In this document: one piece after another, positions 62,165 to 64,000 of the stretch
Layout: the number at the start of each line of letters is the position of its first letter
Position numbering within the stretch: the first letter of the stretch is position 1
Origin: Octopus sinensis
Lineage: Eukaryota
Reading direction: 5' to 3'
DNA length: 64,000 nucleotides
Assembly (NCBI RefSeq): GCF_006345805.1
Contig: NC_043006.1
Coordinates: forward strand, 95,356,001-95,420,000
Position numbers and translations under genes: made by a program
Notes under the pieces: generated by a model
Database searches by the model: none
Seen by the model: the letters and a program-made list of their open reading frames with translations, nothing else
What the model was told of the DNA's origin: nothing

Positions 62165-62510
62165 TGGTGGTGGTGGTGGTGGCGGAGGCGGTGGTGGCGA
62201 TGTTGTTGGTGGTGGTTATAGTGGTGGCCGTGGTGGTGTGGGAACGGCGGTGGCAGCGTGTTGATGGTGGTGGTGGTGGTGATGGTAGTGATGGTCGTCG
62301 TAGTAGTAGTATTAGTGGTAGTAGTAGTAGTGGTGGTAGTAGTAGTGGTTGTATTGGTAGTAGTAGTTGTAGTTGTAGTAGTAGTGGTGGTGGTGGCGGT
62401 GGTATTAGTGGTGGTGGTGGTGATGGTAGGAGGAGGAAATGGGTAGTAGTAGTAGTAGTAGTAGTAGTAACAGTAGCAGCAGTAGTAGTAGTTGATGTTG
62501 CTGTTCGCTA
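62165..62510. repeat. (GGT)n/(GTA)n low-complexity block
   Basis: Direct reading. Confidence 0.9.
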
Positions 62511-62989
62511 TTGTTGTGTGAATTGACGAAACACAAACAAATGTCACAGTTTGTCAGTCTGCCTGGCGGCATATCTTTCCGACCTGACGAGTGGAATGTG
62601 TTGGCAGATACTAAGAACGGAATCCCATCAACGAACAATGACCAACGAGGGTGGTATCCCCAGTAAAATCGTCCGCAAGTCAAAGGATTTACATCAATGA
62701 ACGTCTCGTATCAATGTTCCAGTGATTCTGTGCCACGAAGACCCTCACGGCAGAGAGTCTTTTTTCACGACAGTGGCTCCTCCTCCACGCATATCAGGAG
62801 ACGAATCTTTATATCTTCCCCCAGATTTTGCTATGCGCTGTTTAGAAAGTCCAGCAAGGGAGATAACTCCCTATCAATAAAATCCGCAGCGCACCTCAGA
62901 ATATCATAACCATGTTTTTAAAGGTGACTGGATTATCGAGTGAGGGATACAAAGATGTAATTTTTAGTAAGTAGATTGACAACGTAGAA

Positions 62990-63248
62990 CAACGGTTCCC
63001 AAAGTGGACGGCCCCCTGTGTAAAGATCAAGACGGGCGTTGAAGAAAAGTGGGACAATAATAGAGTGGCCAAAAGGGGTCGATAGATGTAACCCCCCACC
63101 CAAAATAATAGTTTAATAATTAGGTTATGTTTTATTTGTGAAATACCGTTGTTTTGAATGTGCGAAGGTGATGAAGAGTGGGGGAGGTGCTAGGGGTGTG
63201 GCTCGAATATGAAGGGGACGGCTGCCCGAAAAATCTTGGGAATCACTG
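62990..63248. mobile_element. hAT-type (Charlie-like) MITE
   Basis: TIRs CAACGGTTCCCAA / TTGGGAATCACTG; flanking 8-mers ACGTAGAA and GCATAGAG share TAGA, consistent with a decayed TSD. Confidence 0.65.
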
Positions 63249-63796
63249 GCATAGAGGCTTCTGATGACGTTTACTCTTGATGGGGATAGTTCTCAGTTGG
63301 TGTGATTTGAATGGTAGACATCCCGAAGTAGTGACTGTGCTGGTATGAAAGTGTTTTGTTGATATTGTTCATGTTGCTGTTAGTGACATATTTGCGCTGG
63401 CTGTAGCAGCGTGTTCGTAGCGATGGTTGTTTGAATGAAAGCGGTGGTTAAAGGAGTAATGATGTTGAGGATGAGAAATGCAACGTTCGATGTTTAACGC
63501 GTTGATGTTGCTGGCTTTATGGCTGTTGAACGTGGCTTTTTGTTGCTTTGTTATTGCCGCTGGTGTTACTGTTGCCGCAGCTGATGATGATGGTGGTGGT
63601 GGGGAGGCGGCGGCGGCGGCGGTGGTGGTTGCAGATGTGTATAAAGTGATGGAAGAGGTCCGGTAGTTGTGGTAGATGTTGAGATTCTGTAATGCGACTT
63701 TTAATGAACGCTTGACATTTTTTCTTCTCAGTTATTTTCATAGTTTTTCCTTTATACATGATCAGAATATTTTCTTATGTAGAAATGAAGTTGTTT

Positions 63797-63831
<35 letters not shown>

Positions 63832-64000
63832 GATGATGATGATGATGATGATGTGATGATGATGATGATGATGTTTTTATTTACCTTCCTTTTTTTCTGT
63901 CTAAATCTCTTTGAATAAATCGCATGGAGAACAGCACACTTCGTAATCCTGTCTTGCTAACTAAGGATTTTCTCAAAAGAAAGTCCGCCAGAATTCCCCA

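Overview
Eukaryotic, AT-rich, microsatellite-saturated DNA. The SINE families, repeat style and LINE spectrum suggest an octopus/cephalopod genome (inference, not verified). No intact host protein-coding gene, rRNA, true tRNA or CRISPR array can be supported, and most ORF-track entries are translations of (AT)n/(CA)n/(GATA)n/trinucleotide repeats. The window is a mosaic of mobile elements: about 20 copies or fragments of three tRNA-derived SINE families, three Penelope-like element (PLE) coding fragments plus many PLE-type tails, a full-length ~6 kb Tx1/L1-type LINE flanked by (GATA)n on both sides, a ~5.3 kb degenerate RepHel Helitron, small non-autonomous Helitrons, an internally deleted mariner, MITEs, and CR1-like, R4/Dong-like and Hero-like LINE fragments. 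The most notable signal is a set of type I hammerhead ribozyme (HHR) motifs. Two of them have an intact core and a long stem II (39841-39931 +, 16003-16078 -). They lie in ~500-600 nt non-coding units with the same module order, and one unit is present as 1.18 copies (107-bp terminal direct repeat), as expected for a retrozyme-like element copied from a circular RNA. Weaker host-gene candidates are a CRE/CCAAT/octamer/TATA cluster with a possible first exon at 54869-55262 (+) and a pair of duplicated splice-bounded segments at 29723-30580 (-). All calls come from reading the sequence by eye, and boundaries are approximate.
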